Translations under genes and position numbers: made by a program
Shown: positions 43,202 to 56,468 of the stretch, piece after piece
How the letters are laid out: each line of letters opens with the position of its first letter
How positions within the stretch are numbered: position 1 is the stretch's first letter
The notes under the pieces: generated by a model
Database searches by the model: none
Told to the model about the DNA's origin: nothing
What the model saw: only the letters and a program-made list of their open reading frames with translations
Assembly (NCBI RefSeq): GCF_036507355.1
Contig: NZ_AP027877.1
Reading direction: 5' to 3' (one strand)
Length of the DNA stretch: 64,000 nt
Source of the DNA: Escherichia coli
GTDB lineage: Bacteria > Pseudomonadota > Gammaproteobacteria > Enterobacterales > Enterobacteriaceae

Positions 43202-44671
43202 ATGGTTTCCGAAACTAAAACCACAGAAGCGCCGGGCTTACGCCGTGAATTAAAGGCGCGTCACCTGACGATGATTGCCATTGGCGGTTCCATCGGTACA
43301 GGTCTTTTTGTTGCCTCTGGCGCAACGATTTCTCAGGCAGGTCCGGGCGGGGCATTGCTCTCGTATATGCTGATTGGCCTGATGGTTTACTTCCTGATGA
43401 CCAGTCTCGGTGAACTGGCTGCATATATGCCGGTTTCCGGTTCGTTTGCCACTTACGGTCAGAACTATGTTGAAGAGGGCTTTGGCTTCGCGCTGGGCTG
43501 GAACTACTGGTACAACTGGGCGGTGACTATTGCCGTTGACCTGGTTGCAGCTCAGCTGGTCATGAGCTGGTGGTTCCCGGATACACCGGGCTGGATCTGG
43601 AGTGCGTTGTTCCTCGGCGTTATCTTCCTGCTGAACTACATCTCTGTTCGCGGCTTTGGTGAAGCGGAATACTGGTTCTCACTGATCAAAGTCACGACAG
43701 TTATTGTCTTTATCATCGTTGGCGTGCTGATGATTATCGGTATCTTCAAAGGCGCGCAGCCTGCGGGCTGGAGCAACTGGACAATCGGCGAAGCGCCGTT
43801 TGCTGGTGGTTTTGCGGCGATGATCGGCGTAGCTATGATTGTCGGCTTCTCTTTCCAGGGAACCGAGCTGATCGGTATTGCTGCAGGCGAGTCCGAAGAT
43901 CCGGCGAAAAACATTCCACGCGCGGTACGTCAGGTGTTCTGGCGAATCCTGTTGTTCTATGTGTTCGCGATCCTGATTATCAGCCTGATTATTCCGTACA
44001 CCGATCCGAGCCTGCTGCGTAACGATGTTAAAGACATCAGCGTTAGTCCGTTCACCCTGGTGTTCCAGCACGCGGGTCTGCTCTCTGCGGCGGCGGTGAT
44101 GAACGCAGTTATTCTGACGGCGGTGCTGTCAGCGGGTAACTCCGGTATGTATGCGTCTACTCGTATGCTGTATACCCTGGCGTGTGACGGTAAAGCGCCG
44201 CGCATTTTCGCTAAACTGTCGCGTGGTGGCGTGCCGCGTAATGCGCTGTATGCGACGACGGTGATTGCCGGTCTGTGCTTCCTGACCTCCATGTTTGGCA
44301 ACCAGACGGTATACCTGTGGCTGCTGAACACCTCCGGGATGACCGGTTTTATCGCCTGGCTGGGGATTGCCATTAGCCACTATCGCTTCCGTCGCGGTTA
44401 CGTATTGCAGGGACACGACATTAACGATCTGCCGTACCGTTCAGGTTTCTTCCCACTGGGTCCGATCTTCGCATTCATTCTGTGTCTGATTATCACTTTG
44501 GGCCAGAACTACGAAGCATTCCTGAAAGATACCATTGACTGGGGCGGCGTAGCGGCAACGTATATTGGTATCCCGCTGTTCCTGATTATTTGGTTCGGCT
44601 ACAAGCTGATTAAAGGAACCCACTTCGTACGCTACAGCGAAATGAAGTTCCCGCAGAACGATAAGAAATAA
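43202..44671 (+). CDS. lysP: Lysine-specific permease LysP (APC family)
   Basis: 489-aa ORF MVSETKTTEAPGLRRELKARHLTMIAIGGSIGTGLF with the amino-acid permease signature. Confidence 0.92.
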   Translation: MVSETKTTEAPGLRRELKARHLTMIAIGGSIGTGLFVASGATISQAGPGGALLSYMLIGLMVYFLMTSLGELAAYMPVSGSFATYGQNYVEEGFGFALGWNYWYNWAVTIAVDLVAAQLVMSWWFPDTPGWIWSALFLGVIFLLNYISVRGFGEAEYWFSLIKVTTVIVFIIVGVLMIIGIFKGAQPAGWSNWTIGEAPFAGGFAAMIGVAMIVGFSFQGTELIGIAAGESEDPAKNIPRAVRQVFWRILLFYVFAILIISLIIPYTDPSLLRNDVKDISVSPFTLVFQHAGLLSAAAVMNAVILTAVLSAGNSGMYASTRMLYTLACDGKAPRIFAKLSRGGVPRNALYATTVIAGLCFLTSMFGNQTVYLWLLNTSGMTGFIAWLGIAISHYRFRRGYVLQGHDINDLPYRSGFFPLGPIFAFILCLIITLGQNYEAFLKDTIDWGGVAATYIGIPLFLIIWFGYKLIKGTHFVRYSEMKFPQNDKK

Positions 44672-44690
44672 GTTTCTCCCTTCCTTGCTA

Positions 44691-44712
44691 AGCCCTCTCA
44701 ACCGAGAGGGCT
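44691..44712 (+). terminator. lysP terminator hairpin agccctctcaaccgagagggct followed by a T-rich tract
   Basis: Perfect 8-bp stem. Confidence 0.6.
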
Positions 44713-44765
44713 TATTCAATTCCATTTCCCTGACAAATCATGTGGATATAAAATTTAACATTTGG

Positions 44766-44795
44766 ATTGATAATTGTTATCGTTTGCATTATCGT
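44766..44795. promoter_or_regulatory. Fur box in the cirA promoter (gattgataattgttatcgtttgcattatcg)
   Basis: Overlapping GATAAT/ATTATC hexamers matching the Fur consensus GATAATGATAATCATTATC. Confidence 0.65.
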
Positions 44796-44962
44796 TACGC
44801 CGCAATCAAAAAAGGCTGACAAATCAGAGGCTGGTCCGGTTTTCTGGGATGATCACCTGCATACAAATAAGTCCACCGCGATGCTGCCGTACGCAAGGGG
44901 ACGTGAAGAAGATGTGAGCGATAACCCATTTTATTTTCGTAGTTACCTCATGGAGATATGGA

Positions 44963-46954
44963 ATGTTTAGGTTGAACCCTTTCGTACGGGTCGGGCTGTG
45001 TTTGTCCGCTATTTCTTGTGCATGGCCTGTGTTAGCGGTCGATGATGATGGCGAAACGATGGTTGTCACTGCATCTTCCGTTGAACAAAACCTTAAAGAT
45101 GCACCCGCCAGTATCAGCGTCATTACCCAGGAAGACCTGCAGCGAAAACCGGTACAGAATCTGAAGGATGTCCTCAAAGAAGTGCCTGGCGTACAACTGA
45201 CGAACGAAGGGGATAACCGTAAGGGCGTTAGTATTCGTGGTCTTGACAGCAGCTACACCCTGATTCTCGTCGACGGTAAACGCGTTAACTCCCGCAATGC
45301 CGTCTTCCGCCACAATGATTTCGATCTGAACTGGATCCCGGTCGATTCCATCGAACGTATTGAAGTGGTCCGTGGCCCGATGTCGTCGCTGTACGGTTCC
45401 GATGCGCTCGGCGGTGTAGTGAATATCATCACCAAAAAAATCGGTCAGAAATGGTCGGGTACCGTTACCGTCGATACCACCATTCAGGAACATCGCGATC
45501 GCGGTGATACCTATAACGGTCAGTTCTTTACCAGTGGACCATTAATTGATGGTGTGCTGGGAATGAAAGCTTACGGCAGCCTGGCAAAACGTGAAAAGGA
45601 TGACCCGCAAAACTCAACGACCACCGATACCGGAGAAACGCCGCGTATTGAAGGATTCTCCAGCCGCGACGGCAATATCGAATTTGCCTGGACACCGAAT
45701 CAAAATCACGATTTTACTGCCGGATACGGTTTCGACCGTCAGGATCGTGATTCCGACTCGTTGGACAAAAACCGCCTGGAACGCCAGAACTACTCCGTCA
45801 GCCATAATGGGCGTTGGGATTACGGCACCAGCGAACTGAAATACTACGGTGAGAAAGTCGAGAACAAAAACCCTGGCAACAGCAGCCCGATAACTTCCGA
45901 AAGCAATACGGTCGACGGCAAATACACCTTGCCGCTGACGGCGATTAATCAGTTTCTCACGGTTGGCGGTGAATGGCGTCACGACAAACTTAGCGATGCG
46001 GTGAACCTGACCGGGGGAACCAGCTCCAAAACGTCTGCCAGCCAGTACGCGCTGTTTGTGGAAGATGAATGGCGGATCTTCGAGCCGCTGGCGCTGACGA
46101 CCGGCGTACGTATGGACGATCATGAAACCTACGGTGAACACTGGAGTCCGCGTGCCTACCTGGTTTATAACGCCACCGACACCGTAACGGTGAAAGGGGG
46201 CTGGGCGACGGCATTTAAAGCACCTTCTCTGTTGCAACTTAGCCCTGACTGGACGAGCAATTCCTGCCGTGGCGCATGTAAGATTGTGGGTAGCCCGGAT
46301 CTGAAACCAGAAACCAGCGAAAGTTGGGAGCTGGGGCTGTACTACATGGGTGAAGAAGGCTGGCTGGAAGGGGTTGAATCCAGCGTTACCGTTTTCCGTA
46401 ACGATGTGAAAGATCGCATCAGCATCAGCCGTACGTCTGACGTCAATGCTGCACCGGGCTACCAAAACTTTGTCGGTTTTGAGACGGGCGCTAACGGACG
46501 GCGCATACCGGTATTTAGCTACTACAACGTTAACAAAGCTCGTATTCAGGGCGTGGAAACCGAACTGAAAATTCCGTTCAACGATGAATGGAAACTGTCA
46601 CTCAACTACACCTACAACGATGGTCGTGATGTCAGCAACGGCGAAAACAAACCGCTATCCGATCTGCCGTTCCATACCGCTAACGGTACGCTGGACTGGA
46701 AACCGCTGGCGCTGGAAGACTGGTCATTCTATGTTTCTGGTCACTATACCGGGCAGAAACGAGCCGACAGCGCGACGGCTAAAACACCGGGCGGTTATAC
46801 CATCTGGAATACCGGCGCGGCCTGGCAGGTGACTAAAGACGTCAAACTGCGCGCAGGCGTGCTGAACCTTGGCGACAAGGATCTCAGTCGTGACGACTAC
46901 AGCTATAACGAAGACGGACGTCGTTACTTTATGGCAGTGGATTATCGCTTCTGA
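44963..46954 (+). CDS. cirA: TonB-dependent catecholate siderophore / colicin I receptor CirA
   Basis: 663-aa ORF with signal peptide, TonB box (ETMVVTA) and a C-terminal beta-barrel ending in F. Confidence 0.92.
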   Translation: MFRLNPFVRVGLCLSAISCAWPVLAVDDDGETMVVTASSVEQNLKDAPASISVITQEDLQRKPVQNLKDVLKEVPGVQLTNEGDNRKGVSIRGLDSSYTLILVDGKRVNSRNAVFRHNDFDLNWIPVDSIERIEVVRGPMSSLYGSDALGGVVNIITKKIGQKWSGTVTVDTTIQEHRDRGDTYNGQFFTSGPLIDGVLGMKAYGSLAKREKDDPQNSTTTDTGETPRIEGFSSRDGNIEFAWTPNQNHDFTAGYGFDRQDRDSDSLDKNRLERQNYSVSHNGRWDYGTSELKYYGEKVENKNPGNSSPITSESNTVDGKYTLPLTAINQFLTVGGEWRHDKLSDAVNLTGGTSSKTSASQYALFVEDEWRIFEPLALTTGVRMDDHETYGEHWSPRAYLVYNATDTVTVKGGWATAFKAPSLLQLSPDWTSNSCRGACKIVGSPDLKPETSESWELGLYYMGEEGWLEGVESSVTVFRNDVKDRISISRTSDVNAAPGYQNFVGFETGANGRRIPVFSYYNVNKARIQGVETELKIPFNDEWKLSLNYTYNDGRDVSNGENKPLSDLPFHTANGTLDWKPLALEDWSFYVSGHYTGQKRADSATAKTPGGYTIWNTGAAWQVTKDVKLRAGVLNLGDKDLSRDDYSYNEDGRRYFMAVDYRF

Positions 46955-46985
46955 TGAGAAGATGCCCGGCGAACCGGGCGGACTT

Positions 46986-47855
<870 letters not shown>

Positions 47856-48079
47856 TCATCATACCGTTTATTCAATGTGCTGTGAGTAACTTTCACTTCC
47901 GTATTTGCATAACGATGTTTTAACATCTGCTGATGAAAGGCAGCGGCAATTACAATAATTATCGCTGTGAATACTGGATTATGTGCGCCGCCTCACGCAC
48001 AATAATCAGGCTGTAAATCAGCTTAATAACTTTGCCCCCACGCAGGGCGGAGGCGTCACACCTGCAGGAGAAATCATAA

Positions 48080-48748
48080 ATGCCATCACTCAGTAAAGAA
48101 GCGGCCCTGGTTCATGAAGCGTTAGTTGCGCGAGGACTGGAAACACCGCTGCGCCCGCCCGTGCATGAAATGGATAACGAAACGCGCAAAAGCCTTATTG
48201 CTGGTCATATGACCGAAATCATGCAGCTGCTGAATCTCGACCTGGCTGATGACAGTTTGATGGAAACGCCGCATCGCATCGCTAAAATGTATGTCGATGA
48301 AATTTTCTCCGGTCTGGATTACGCCAACTTCCCGAAAATCACCCTCATTGAAAACAAAATGAAGGTCGATGAAATGGTCACCGTGCGCGATATCACTCTG
48401 ACCAGTACCTGTGAACACCATTTTGTTACCATCGATGGCAAAGCGACGGTGGCTTATATCCCGAAAGATTCGGTGATCGGTCTGTCAAAAATTAACCGTA
48501 TCGTGCAGTTCTTTGCCCAGCGTCCGCAGGTGCAGGAACGTCTGACGCAGCAAATTCTTATTGCGCTACAAACGCTGCTGGGCACCAATAACGTGGCTGT
48601 CTCGATCGACGCGGTGCATTACTGCGTGAAGGCGCGTGGCATCCGCGATGCAACCAGTGCCACGACAACGACCTCTCTTGGTGGATTGTTCAAATCCAGT
48701 CAGAATACGCGCCACGAGTTTCTGCGCGCTGTGCGTCATCACAACTGA
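48080..48748 (+). CDS. folE: GTP cyclohydrolase I
   Basis: 222-aa [18 protein letters not shown] with the CEHH zinc-binding motif. Confidence 0.92.
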
Positions 48749-48764
48749 TTAAAAGGCAGGAACC

Positions 48765-49922
48765 ATGGAGCGCAACGTCACGCTCGATTTTGTTCGCGGC
48801 GTCGCCATTCTGGGGATCCTGCTATTAAACATCAGCGCCTTTGGGCTACCAAAGGCGGCTTATCTTAATCCCGCCTGGTACGGCGCTATTACGCCGCAGG
48901 ATGCATGGACCTGGGCATTTCTCGATCTCATCGGCCAGGTGAAATTCCTCACGCTTTTTGCGCTGCTGTTTGGTGCTGGCCTGCAAATGTTGCTGCCCCG
49001 TGGCAGACGCTGGATCCAGTCGCGGTTAACGCTGTTAGTCTTGCTGGGCTTTATTCACGGTTTATTGTTCTGGGACGGCGATATTCTGCTGGCTTACGGG
49101 CTGGTGGGCTTAATCTGCTGGCGGCTGGTGCGCGATGCGCCATCGGTAAAAAGCCTGTTTAATACCGGCGTCATGCTTTATCTGGTGGGGCTTGGCGTTT
49201 TGCTGTTATTGGGGTTGATTTCCGACAGCCAGACCAGCCGCGCCTGGACGCCGGATGCATCGGCTATTTTGTATGAAAAATACTGGAAGCTTCACGGCGG
49301 CGTTGAAGCGATCAGTAATCGTGCCGATGGTGTTGGCAACAGTTTACTGGCACTGGGCGCACAGTATGGCTGGCAACTGGCTGGGATGATGCTCATTGGT
49401 GCCGCATTGATGCGCAGTGGCTGGCTGAAAGGGCAGTTCAGCTTACGTCACTATCGTCGTACTGGTTTTGTGCTGGTGGCGATTGGGGTGATCATTAACC
49501 TTCCTGCCATCGCCCTGCAATGGCGGCTGGACTGGGCATATCGCTGGTGCGCCTTCTTACTTCAGATGCCGCGGGAACTGAGTGCGCCGTTTCAGACGAT
49601 TGGCTATGCGTCGCTGTTTTATGGCTTCTGGCCGCAATTGAGCCGCTTTAAGCTGGTGCTTGCGATCGCCTGCGTCGGACGGATGGCGCTGACCAACTAT
49701 CTATTGCAAACGCTGATTTGTACCACGCTTTTTTACCACCTCGGTTTGTTTATGCATTTTGACCGCCTGGAGCTGCTGGCGTTTGTTATTCCGGTATGGC
49801 TGGCGAATATCCTCTTCTCTGTTATCTGGCTGCGTTACTTCCGCCAGGGGCCGGTGGAATGGCTCTGGCGTCAGTTAACTTTGCGTGCTGCCGGACCGGC
49901 AATATCTAAAACATCAAGATAA
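48765..49922 (+). CDS. yeiB: DUF418-family inner membrane protein YeiB
   Basis: 385-aa polytopic ORF immediately after folE. Confidence 0.85.
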   Translation: MERNVTLDFVRGVAILGILLLNISAFGLPKAAYLNPAWYGAITPQDAWTWAFLDLIGQVKFLTLFALLFGAGLQMLLPRGRRWIQSRLTLLVLLGFIHGLLFWDGDILLAYGLVGLICWRLVRDAPSVKSLFNTGVMLYLVGLGVLLLLGLISDSQTSRAWTPDASAILYEKYWKLHGGVEAISNRADGVGNSLLALGAQYGWQLAGMMLIGAALMRSGWLKGQFSLRHYRRTGFVLVAIGVIINLPAIALQWRLDWAYRWCAFLLQMPRELSAPFQTIGYASLFYGFWPQLSRFKLVLAIACVGRMALTNYLLQTLICTTLFYHLGLFMHFDRLELLAFVIPVWLANILFSVIWLRYFRQGPVEWLWRQLTLRAAGPAISKTSR

Positions 49923-49952
49923 CGATCTGGATCACATTCGTTAACAAAACGG

Positions 49953-49968
49953 CTGTAACCGTTTCCAT
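49953..49968. promoter_or_regulatory. GalR/GalS-type operator ctgtaaccgtttccat upstream of galS
   Basis: Match to the gal operator consensus GTGNAANCGNTTNCAC, about 90 bp upstream of galS. Confidence 0.5.
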
Positions 49969-50063
49969 TGCTGTGACTCGATTCACGAAGTCCTGTATTC
50001 AGTGCTGACAAAATAGCCGCCAGCAAGCAGTCATTTACTGCAATCTCATAACAGGTAGTGAAT

Positions 50064-51104
50064 ATGATCACCATTCGTGATGTAGCGCGTCAGGCTGGCG
50101 TCTCTGTGGCAACGGTTTCCCGGGTGCTCAATAACAGCACGCTGGTCAGTGCCGATACGCGTGAAGCAGTAATGAAAGCCGTGAGTGAGCTGGATTATCG
50201 GCCAAACGCCAATGCCCAGGCGCTGGCAACTCAGGTTAGCGACACCATTGGCGTGGTGGTGATGGACGTTTCTGATGCGTTTTTCGGCGCGCTGGTAAAA
50301 GCGGTGGATCTGGTCGCTCAGCAGCATCAGAAATACGTGCTAATCGGCAATAGCTATCATGAAGCGGAAAAAGAGCGTCACGCCATTGAGGTGTTAATTC
50401 GCCAGCGTTGTAATGCGTTGATTGTTCACTCAAAAGCATTGAGTGACGATGAACTGGCGCAATTTATGGATAACATTCCCGGTATGGTGTTAATCAACCG
50501 CGTTGTGCCGGGGTACGCCCATCGTTGCGTTTGCCTGGATAATCTCAGCGGTGCCCGAATGGCGACGCGCATGTTGCTGAATAACGGTCATCAACGTATT
50601 GGTTATCTTTCTTCCAGCCACGGCATTGAAGATGACGCCATGCGTAAAGCAGGCTGGATGAGTGCGTTGAAAGAGCAGGATATTATTCCGCCGGAAAGCT
50701 GGATTGGCACTGGTACGCCGGACATGCCGGGCGGTGAGGCGGCGATGGTTGAACTGCTGGGGCGCAATCTACAACTTACCGCTGTATTTGCTTATAACGA
50801 CAATATGGCTGCTGGCGCACTGACAGCATTAAAAGATAATGGCATTGCGATTCCGTTACATCTCTCAATCATCGGTTTCGATGATATTCCCATCGCCCGT
50901 TACACCGACCCGCAATTAACGACCGTGCGTTATCCCATTGCTTCAATGGCGAAATTAGCCACCGAACTGGCCTTGCAGGGGGCAGCAGGCAATATTGATC
51001 CTCGTGCCAGCCACTGTTTTATGCCGACGTTAGTGCGTCGCCATTCTGTCGCAACACGCCAGAATGCGGCGGCGATCACTAACTCAACAAATCAGGCGAT
51101 GTAA
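50064..51104 (+). CDS. galS: Galactose isorepressor / mgl repressor GalS (LacI family)
   Basis: N-terminal [27 protein letters not shown] and a LacI-type sugar-binding domain. Confidence 0.9.
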   Translation: MITIRDVARQAGVSVATVSRVLNNSTLVSADTREAVMKAVSELDYRPNANAQALATQVSDTIGVVVMDVSDAFFGALVKAVDLVAQQHQKYVLIGNSYHEAEKERHAIEVLIRQRCNALIVHSKALSDDELAQFMDNIPGMVLINRVVPGYAHRCVCLDNLSGARMATRMLLNNGHQRIGYLSSSHGIEDDAMRKAGWMSALKEQDIIPPESWIGTGTPDMPGGEAAMVELLGRNLQLTAVFAYNDNMAAGALTALKDNGIAIPLHLSIIGFDDIPIARYTDPQLTTVRYPIASMAKLATELALQGAAGNIDPRASHCFMPTLVRRHSVATRQNAAAITNSTNQAM

Positions 51105-51384
51105 CCGCTTTCAATCTGTGAGTGATTTCACAGTATCTTAACAATGTGATAGCTATGATTGCACCGTTTTAACGTTGTAACCCGTATGTAACAGTGAATA
51201 ATCACTTTCACCGAGGTAATAGCGTCATAACAACAATTAAAGCCGTTTTCTGGAGCGTTACCGGGCATGGAAGAACGAATTTTTAAAAAGTGAGCTTCGG
51301 CGTTCAGTAACACTTCATTAACTCTACTGCCCCGCCGAGCATTTATCTCAAGCACTACCCTGCATAAGAAAAACCGGAGATACC

Positions 51385-52383
51385 ATGAATAAGAAGGTGT
51401 TAACCCTGTCTGCTGTGATGGCCAGCATGTTATTCGGTGCCGCTGCACACGCTGCTGATACTCGCATTGGTGTAACAATCTATAAGTACGACGATAACTT
51501 TATGTCTGTAGTGCGCAAGGCAATTGAGCAAGATGCGAAAGCCGCGCCAGATGTTCAGCTGCTGATGAATGATTCTCAGAATGACCAGTCCAAGCAGAAC
51601 GATCAGATCGACGTATTGCTGGCGAAAGGGGTGAAGGCACTGGCAATCAACCTGGTTGACCCGGCAGCTGCGGGTACGGTGATTGAGAAAGCGCGTGGGC
51701 AAAACGTGCCAGTGGTTTTCTTCAACAAAGAACCGTCTCGTAAGGCGCTGGATAGCTACGACAAAGCCTACTACGTTGGCACTGACTCCAAAGAGTCCGG
51801 CATTATTCAAGGCGATTTGATTGCTAAACACTGGGCGGCGAATCAGGGTTGGGATCTGAATAAAGACGGTCAGATTCAATTCGTACTGCTGAAAGGTGAA
51901 CCGGGCCATCCGGATGCAGAAGCACGTACCACTTACGTGATTAAAGAGCTGAACGACAAAGGCATTAAAACTGAACAGTTACAGTTAGATACCGCTATGT
52001 GGGATACCGCTCAGGCGAAAGATAAGATGGACGCCTGGCTGTCTGGCCCGAACGCCAACAAAATCGAAGTGGTTATCGCCAACAACGATGCGATGGCAAT
52101 GGGCGCGGTTGAAGCGCTGAAAGCACACAACAAGTCCAGCATTCCGGTGTTTGGCGTCGATGCGCTGCCAGAAGCGCTGGCGCTGGTGAAATCCGGTGCA
52201 CTGGCGGGCACCGTACTGAACGATGCTAACAACCAGGCGAAAGCGACCTTTGATCTGGCGAAAAACCTGGCCGATGGCAAAGGTGCGGCTGATGGCACCA
52301 ACTGGAAAATCGACAACAAAGTGGTCCGCGTACCTTATGTTGGCGTAGATAAAGACAACCTGGCTGAATTCAGCAAGAAATAA
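51385..52383 (+). CDS. mglB: Periplasmic D-galactose/D-glucose-binding protein
   Basis: 332-aa ORF with signal peptide [23 protein letters not shown]. Confidence 0.92.
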   Translation: MNKKVLTLSAVMASMLFGAAAHAADTRIGVTIYKYDDNFMSVVRKAIEQDAKAAPDVQLLMNDSQNDQSKQNDQIDVLLAKGVKALAINLVDPAAAGTVIEKARGQNVPVVFFNKEPSRKALDSYDKAYYVGTDSKESGIIQGDLIAKHWAANQGWDLNKDGQIQFVLLKGEPGHPDAEARTTYVIKELNDKGIKTEQLQLDTAMWDTAQAKDKMDAWLSGPNANKIEVVIANNDAMAMGAVEALKAHNKSSIPVFGVDALPEALALVKSGALAGTVLNDANNQAKATFDLAKNLADGKGAADGTNWKIDNKVVRVPYVGVDKDNLAEFSKK

Positions 52384-52443
52384 GACTGATTGGGCGCAGT
52401 CTATTACTGCGCCCTTATTGTATGGCCAACAAGGTAAAATTAT

Positions 52444-53964
52444 ATGGTCAGCTCAACGACTCCGTCTTCCGGGGAATACTTGTTGGAAATGAGCGGTATC
52501 AACAAGTCTTTTCCTGGTGTTAAGGCACTGGATAACGTTAATTTAAAAGTCCGGTCACATTCTATCCATGCATTAATGGGGGAAAACGGTGCAGGAAAAT
52601 CAACATTATTAAAATGCCTGTTTGGTATTTATCAAAAAGACTCCGGCACCATTTTATTCCAGGGTAAAGAGATCGATTTCCATTCTGCAAAAGAAGCCCT
52701 GGAAAATGGTATTTCGATGGTACACCAGGAGTTAAACCTGGTATTACAACGTTCGGTGATGGATAACATGTGGCTGGGGCGATATCCCACCAAAGGCATG
52801 TTTGTCGATCAGGACAAAATGTACCGCGAAACCAAAGCGATTTTTGATGAACTGGATATTGATATCGATCCGCGTGCGCGCGTCGGCACATTATCTGTTT
52901 CGCAAATGCAGATGATCGAAATCGCCAAAGCGTTTTCCTATAACGCGAAAATTGTGATTATGGATGAACCGACTTCTTCGTTAACCGAAAAAGAGGTCAA
53001 TCATCTGTTCACTATTATTCGTAAATTAAAAGAGCGCGGCTGCGGTATTGTTTATATCTCGCATAAAATGGAAGAAATCTTCCAGTTATGTGATGAAGTT
53101 ACCGTATTGCGCGACGGTCAGTGGATCGCCACCGAACCGCTGGCAGGGCTGACGATGGACAAGATTATCGCCATGATGGTTGGGCGTTCTCTTAACCAGC
53201 GTTTTCCTGACAAAGAAAACAAGCCGGGCGAAGTCATCCTCGAGGTGCGTAACCTGACGTCACTGCGCCAGCCGTCGATTCGCGATGTCTCGTTTGATCT
53301 GCATAAAGGGGAGATCCTCGGTATTGCCGGTCTGGTGGGGGCGAAACGTACCGATATTGTTGAGACGTTATTTGGTATTCGCGAGAAATCGGCTGGCACC
53401 ATTACGTTGCACGGCAAAAAGATCAATAACCATAATGCCAATGAAGCCATAAACCACGGATTTGCACTGGTAACTGAGGAGCGCCGCTCAACGGGAATTT
53501 ATGCCTATCTGGATATTGGTTTTAACTCGTTAATTTCCAATATTCGCAACTACAAAAATAAAGTTGGTTTACTGGATAACTCGCGGATGAAAAGCGATAC
53601 CCAGTGGGTGATTGATTCGATGCGGGTAAAAACACCGGGGCATCGGGCGCAAATTGGTTCGCTCTCAGGTGGTAATCAGCAAAAGGTGATTATTGGGCGC
53701 TGGCTACTAACGCAACCGGAAATATTAATGCTCGATGAACCGACGCGCGGTATTGATGTCGGGGCGAAGTTTGAGATCTATCAGTTAATTGCCGAACTGG
53801 CGAAGAAAGGCAAAGGGATTATTATTATCTCCTCTGAAATGCCTGAGTTGTTAGGGATAACAGACCGTATTCTGGTCATGAGCAATGGTCTCGTTTCCGG
53901 AATTGTCGACACAAAAACAACAACGCAAAACGAAATTCTGCGTCTTGCGTCTTTGCACCTTTAA
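52444..53964 (+). CDS. mglA: Galactose/methyl-galactoside ABC transporter ATPase (duplicated NBD)
   Basis: 506-aa ORF with two Walker A motifs (GENGAGKST, ...) and LSGG signatures. Confidence 0.92.
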   Translation: MVSSTTPSSGEYLLEMSGINKSFPGVKALDNVNLKVRSHSIHALMGENGAGKSTLLKCLFGIYQKDSGTILFQGKEIDFHSAKEALENGISMVHQELNLVLQRSVMDNMWLGRYPTKGMFVDQDKMYRETKAIFDELDIDIDPRARVGTLSVSQMQMIEIAKAFSYNAKIVIMDEPTSSLTEKEVNHLFTIIRKLKERGCGIVYISHKMEEIFQLCDEVTVLRDGQWIATEPLAGLTMDKIIAMMVGRSLNQRFPDKENKPGEVILEVRNLTSLRQPSIRDVSFDLHKGEILGIAGLVGAKRTDIVETLFGIREKSAGTITLHGKKINNHNANEAINHGFALVTEERRSTGIYAYLDIGFNSLISNIRNYKNKVGLLDNSRMKSDTQWVIDSMRVKTPGHRAQIGSLSGGNQQKVIIGRWLLTQPEILMLDEPTRGIDVGAKFEIYQLIAELAKKGKGIIIISSEMPELLGITDRILVMSNGLVSGIVDTKTTTQNEILRLASLHL

Positions 53965-53979
53965 GATTAGGGGCTTCCC

Positions 53980-54990
53980 ATGAGTGCGTTAAATAAGAAA
54001 AGTTTTCTTACTTACCTGAAAGAGGGCGGTATTTACGTCGTTCTTTTAGTTTTGCTGGCGATTATTATTTTCCAGGACCCAACATTTTTAAGTCTGTTGA
54101 ACTTAAGTAATATTCTCACCCAGTCATCGGTGCGTATTATTATCGCGCTCGGCGTGGCAGGGTTAATTGTCACCCAGGGGACCGACCTTTCTGCAGGTCG
54201 CCAGGTGGGGCTGGCGGCAGTAGTAGCGGCGACGTTATTGCAGTCCATGGATAACGCCAACAAAGTGTTCCCGGAAATGGCGACGATGCCGATTGCGCTG
54301 GTTATTCTGATTGTCTGTGCCATTGGTGCGGTGATCGGTTTGATCAACGGTCTGATTATCGCTTATCTCAACGTTACGCCGTTCATTACCACGCTCGGCA
54401 CGATGATCATCGTCTATGGCATCAACTCGCTCTATTACGACTTTGTCGGGGCGTCGCCAATTTCTGGTTTTGACAGTGGCTTCTCTACCTTTGCTCAGGG
54501 CTTTGTCGCGCTGGGGAGTTTCCGTCTCTCTTACATCACCTTCTACGCGTTGATTGCGGTGGCGTTCGTCTGGGTGTTGTGGAACAAAACCCGCTTCGGT
54601 AAGAACATTTTTGCCATTGGCGGTAACCCGGAAGCGGCAAAAGTATCTGGTGTCAACGTCGGCCTGAACCTGCTGATGATCTACGCGTTGTCTGGTGTGT
54701 TCTATGCCTTCGGCGGGATGTTAGAAGCCGGACGTATCGGCTCTGCCACCAACAACCTCGGCTTTATGTATGAACTGGATGCTATCGCGGCGTGCGTGGT
54801 AGGCGGTGTATCGTTCAGCGGCGGTGTGGGGACGGTGATTGGCGTGGTGACCGGGGTAATTATTTTTACCGTCATCAACTATGGCCTGACGTACATCGGC
54901 GTAAACCCATACTGGCAGTACATCATCAAAGGGGCGATTATTATCTTCGCCGTGGCACTGGATTCACTGAAGTACGCGCGTAAGAAGTGA
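53980..54990 (+). CDS. mglC: Galactose ABC transporter permease
   Basis: 336-aa polytopic ORF. Confidence 0.92.
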   Translation: MSALNKKSFLTYLKEGGIYVVLLVLLAIIIFQDPTFLSLLNLSNILTQSSVRIIIALGVAGLIVTQGTDLSAGRQVGLAAVVAATLLQSMDNANKVFPEMATMPIALVILIVCAIGAVIGLINGLIIAYLNVTPFITTLGTMIIVYGINSLYYDFVGASPISGFDSGFSTFAQGFVALGSFRLSYITFYALIAVAFVWVLWNKTRFGKNIFAIGGNPEAAKVSGVNVGLNLLMIYALSGVFYAFGGMLEAGRIGSATNNLGFMYELDAIAACVVGGVSFSGGVGTVIGVVTGVIIFTVINYGLTYIGVNPYWQYIIKGAIIIFAVALDSLKYARKK

Positions 54991-55039
54991 TATGATTGTG
55001 GTCCGCATTCGGTCATAAACGCACATAACATCATGATCT

Positions 55040-55230
55040 GTGTGGTTTTGTAGGCCGGATAAGGCGTTCACGCCGCATCCGGCGACAGGAGCCAAATGCC
55101 GGATGCAACGCTGGCGCGTTTTATCCGGCCTACAATGAGCTCAACATACTGATTTGTATGGTTTTGTAGGCCGAATAAGGCGTTCAAGCCGCATCCGGCG
55201 ACAGGAACCAAATGCCGGATGCGTCTCTGG
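55040..55230. repeat. Tandemly duplicated BIME/REP cluster (two units of about 110 bp)
   Basis: Near-identical direct copies gtaggccg[g/a]ataaggcgttca[c/a]gccgcatccggcgacagga[g/a]ccaaatgccggatgc. Confidence 0.75.
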
Positions 55231-55232
55231 TT

Positions 55233-56468
55233 TTACAACGTTACCGGGTGTTCTTTCTCGCCTTTCTTAAACTTCACTTCCCCGAGCTCAATACAACCCA
55301 CCGGGCAGACGTGACCACAAAGCAGGCAACCAACACATTTCTCGGTATTACAATACGGTGTACGGGTTTTCTCGCTCCATTCCATCGCCTGGTGACCGCC
55401 GTCGTAACAGGAAATATAACAGCGTCCACAGCCAACACATTTATCAAGATTGATACGGGGATAGACAATATAACTGCGGTCTAAATCTTCCGCCGGGACA
55501 ATATTGTTATTCGCCAGACCTACCATCTCCTGCAACGAATCAAATCCCTGATCGGCGAGATAATGCGACAACCCGCTCGCCATATCTTCCACTATCCGAT
55601 AGCCGTACTGCATAATGCCGGTGGTGACCTGTAACGTTGCTGCGCCGAGCAATAAAAACTCCGCCGCATCCTCCCAGGTTTCAATGCCGCCGATACCGCT
55701 GATTGGGAAATCGCGCAGTTCTGGATGGGTGCGCATTTGCTGAATGAAGCGCAGGGCGATCGGTTTTACCGCTTTACCGGAATATCCGGAAATACTCGAT
55801 TTTCCGTTAACGATCGGCATACCGATTTTCTGATTAAGATCGATATTGGTGATGGATTTAACGGTGTTAATCGCCGCAATGCCATCTGCGCCGCCGCGCT
55901 TCGCCGCCAGCGCCACTTCGCACATATCACCGATATTCGGCGTCATCTTCGCCAGCATTGGCAGCGTGGAACCCCGTTTCACTGCCCGACAATATTTTTC
56001 TACTAGCTCCGGGCTTTGCCCGACATCGCTACCCATCGCATGAGAAGTCATTTGCGGACAGGAGAAGTTACACTCGATCATATCCGCGCCAGCTTCTTGC
56101 ACCAGGCGCGCCAGCTCCTCCCATTGCTGCTCATTTTCCCCCATGATCGAAGCGATCAATACTTTGTCCGGGTAATCTTCCTTCAGCCGACGCAGGGCGG
56201 CCAGATTCTCTTCCAACGGATGTTCAGCAATCTGCTCCATATTTTTGAAGCCGATAAAACCGGTATCTTCTTTCACCAGATGATCAAAACGCGGCGAGAC
56301 TTCGTTGGCGATAAAAAAGCCGATCGTTTTAAACACCACACCGCCCCAACCTGTGTCGTAGGCTTTGGCACACATCTCATAGCAGTTGCCTACCGGCGAA
56401 GAAGAGAGGCAGAATGGGTTGGGAAACTTCACGCCGCAAAAAGTAATCGAAAGATCTTTCGTTAACAT
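55233..56468 (-). CDS. preA: NAD-dependent dihydropyrimidine dehydrogenase subunit PreA (DHOD-like TIM barrel plus C-terminal 4Fe-4S ferredoxin domain)
   Basis: [19 protein letters not shown] start and a C-terminal CxxCxxCxxxCP ferredoxin motif. Confidence 0.88.
   Translation of the reverse strand: MLTKDLSITFCGVKFPNPFCLSSSPVGNCYEMCAKAYDTGWGGVVFKTIGFFIANEVSPRFDHLVKEDTGFIGFKNMEQIAEHPLEENLAALRRLKEDYPDKVLIASIMGENEQQWEELARLVQEAGADMIECNFSCPQMTSHAMGSDVGQSPELVEKYCRAVKRGSTLPMLAKMTPNIGDMCEVALAAKRGGADGIAAINTVKSITNIDLNQKIGMPIVNGKSSISGYSGKAVKPIALRFIQQMRTHPELRDFPISGIGGIETWEDAAEFLLLGAATLQVTTGIMQYGYRIVEDMASGLSHYLADQGFDSLQEMVGLANNNIVPAEDLDRSYIVYPRINLDKCVGCGRCYISCYDGGHQAMEWSEKTRTPYCNTEKCVGCLLCGHVCPVGCIELGEVKFKKGEKEHPVTL

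Noticed and set aside
45614-46465. 283-aa minus-strand ORF antisense to cirA
   Set aside because: Same reasoning: a long stop-free antisense frame inside a high-confidence TonB-dependent receptor gene, with low-complexity composition.
51121-51200. Attempt to pin down the CRP and GalS operators in the mglB promoter
   Set aside because: The sequences (aatgtgatagctatgattgcacc; gttgtaacccgtatgtaacag) match the consensus only partially, so I could not place the sites confidently without a matrix scan and have not annotated them.
55040-55230. Repeated palindromic units considered as a possible CRISPR array
   Set aside because: The units are REP/BIME consensus sequences with non-unique spacers, there is no cas gene nearby, and the repeat geometry (inverted pairs) is wrong for CRISPR.
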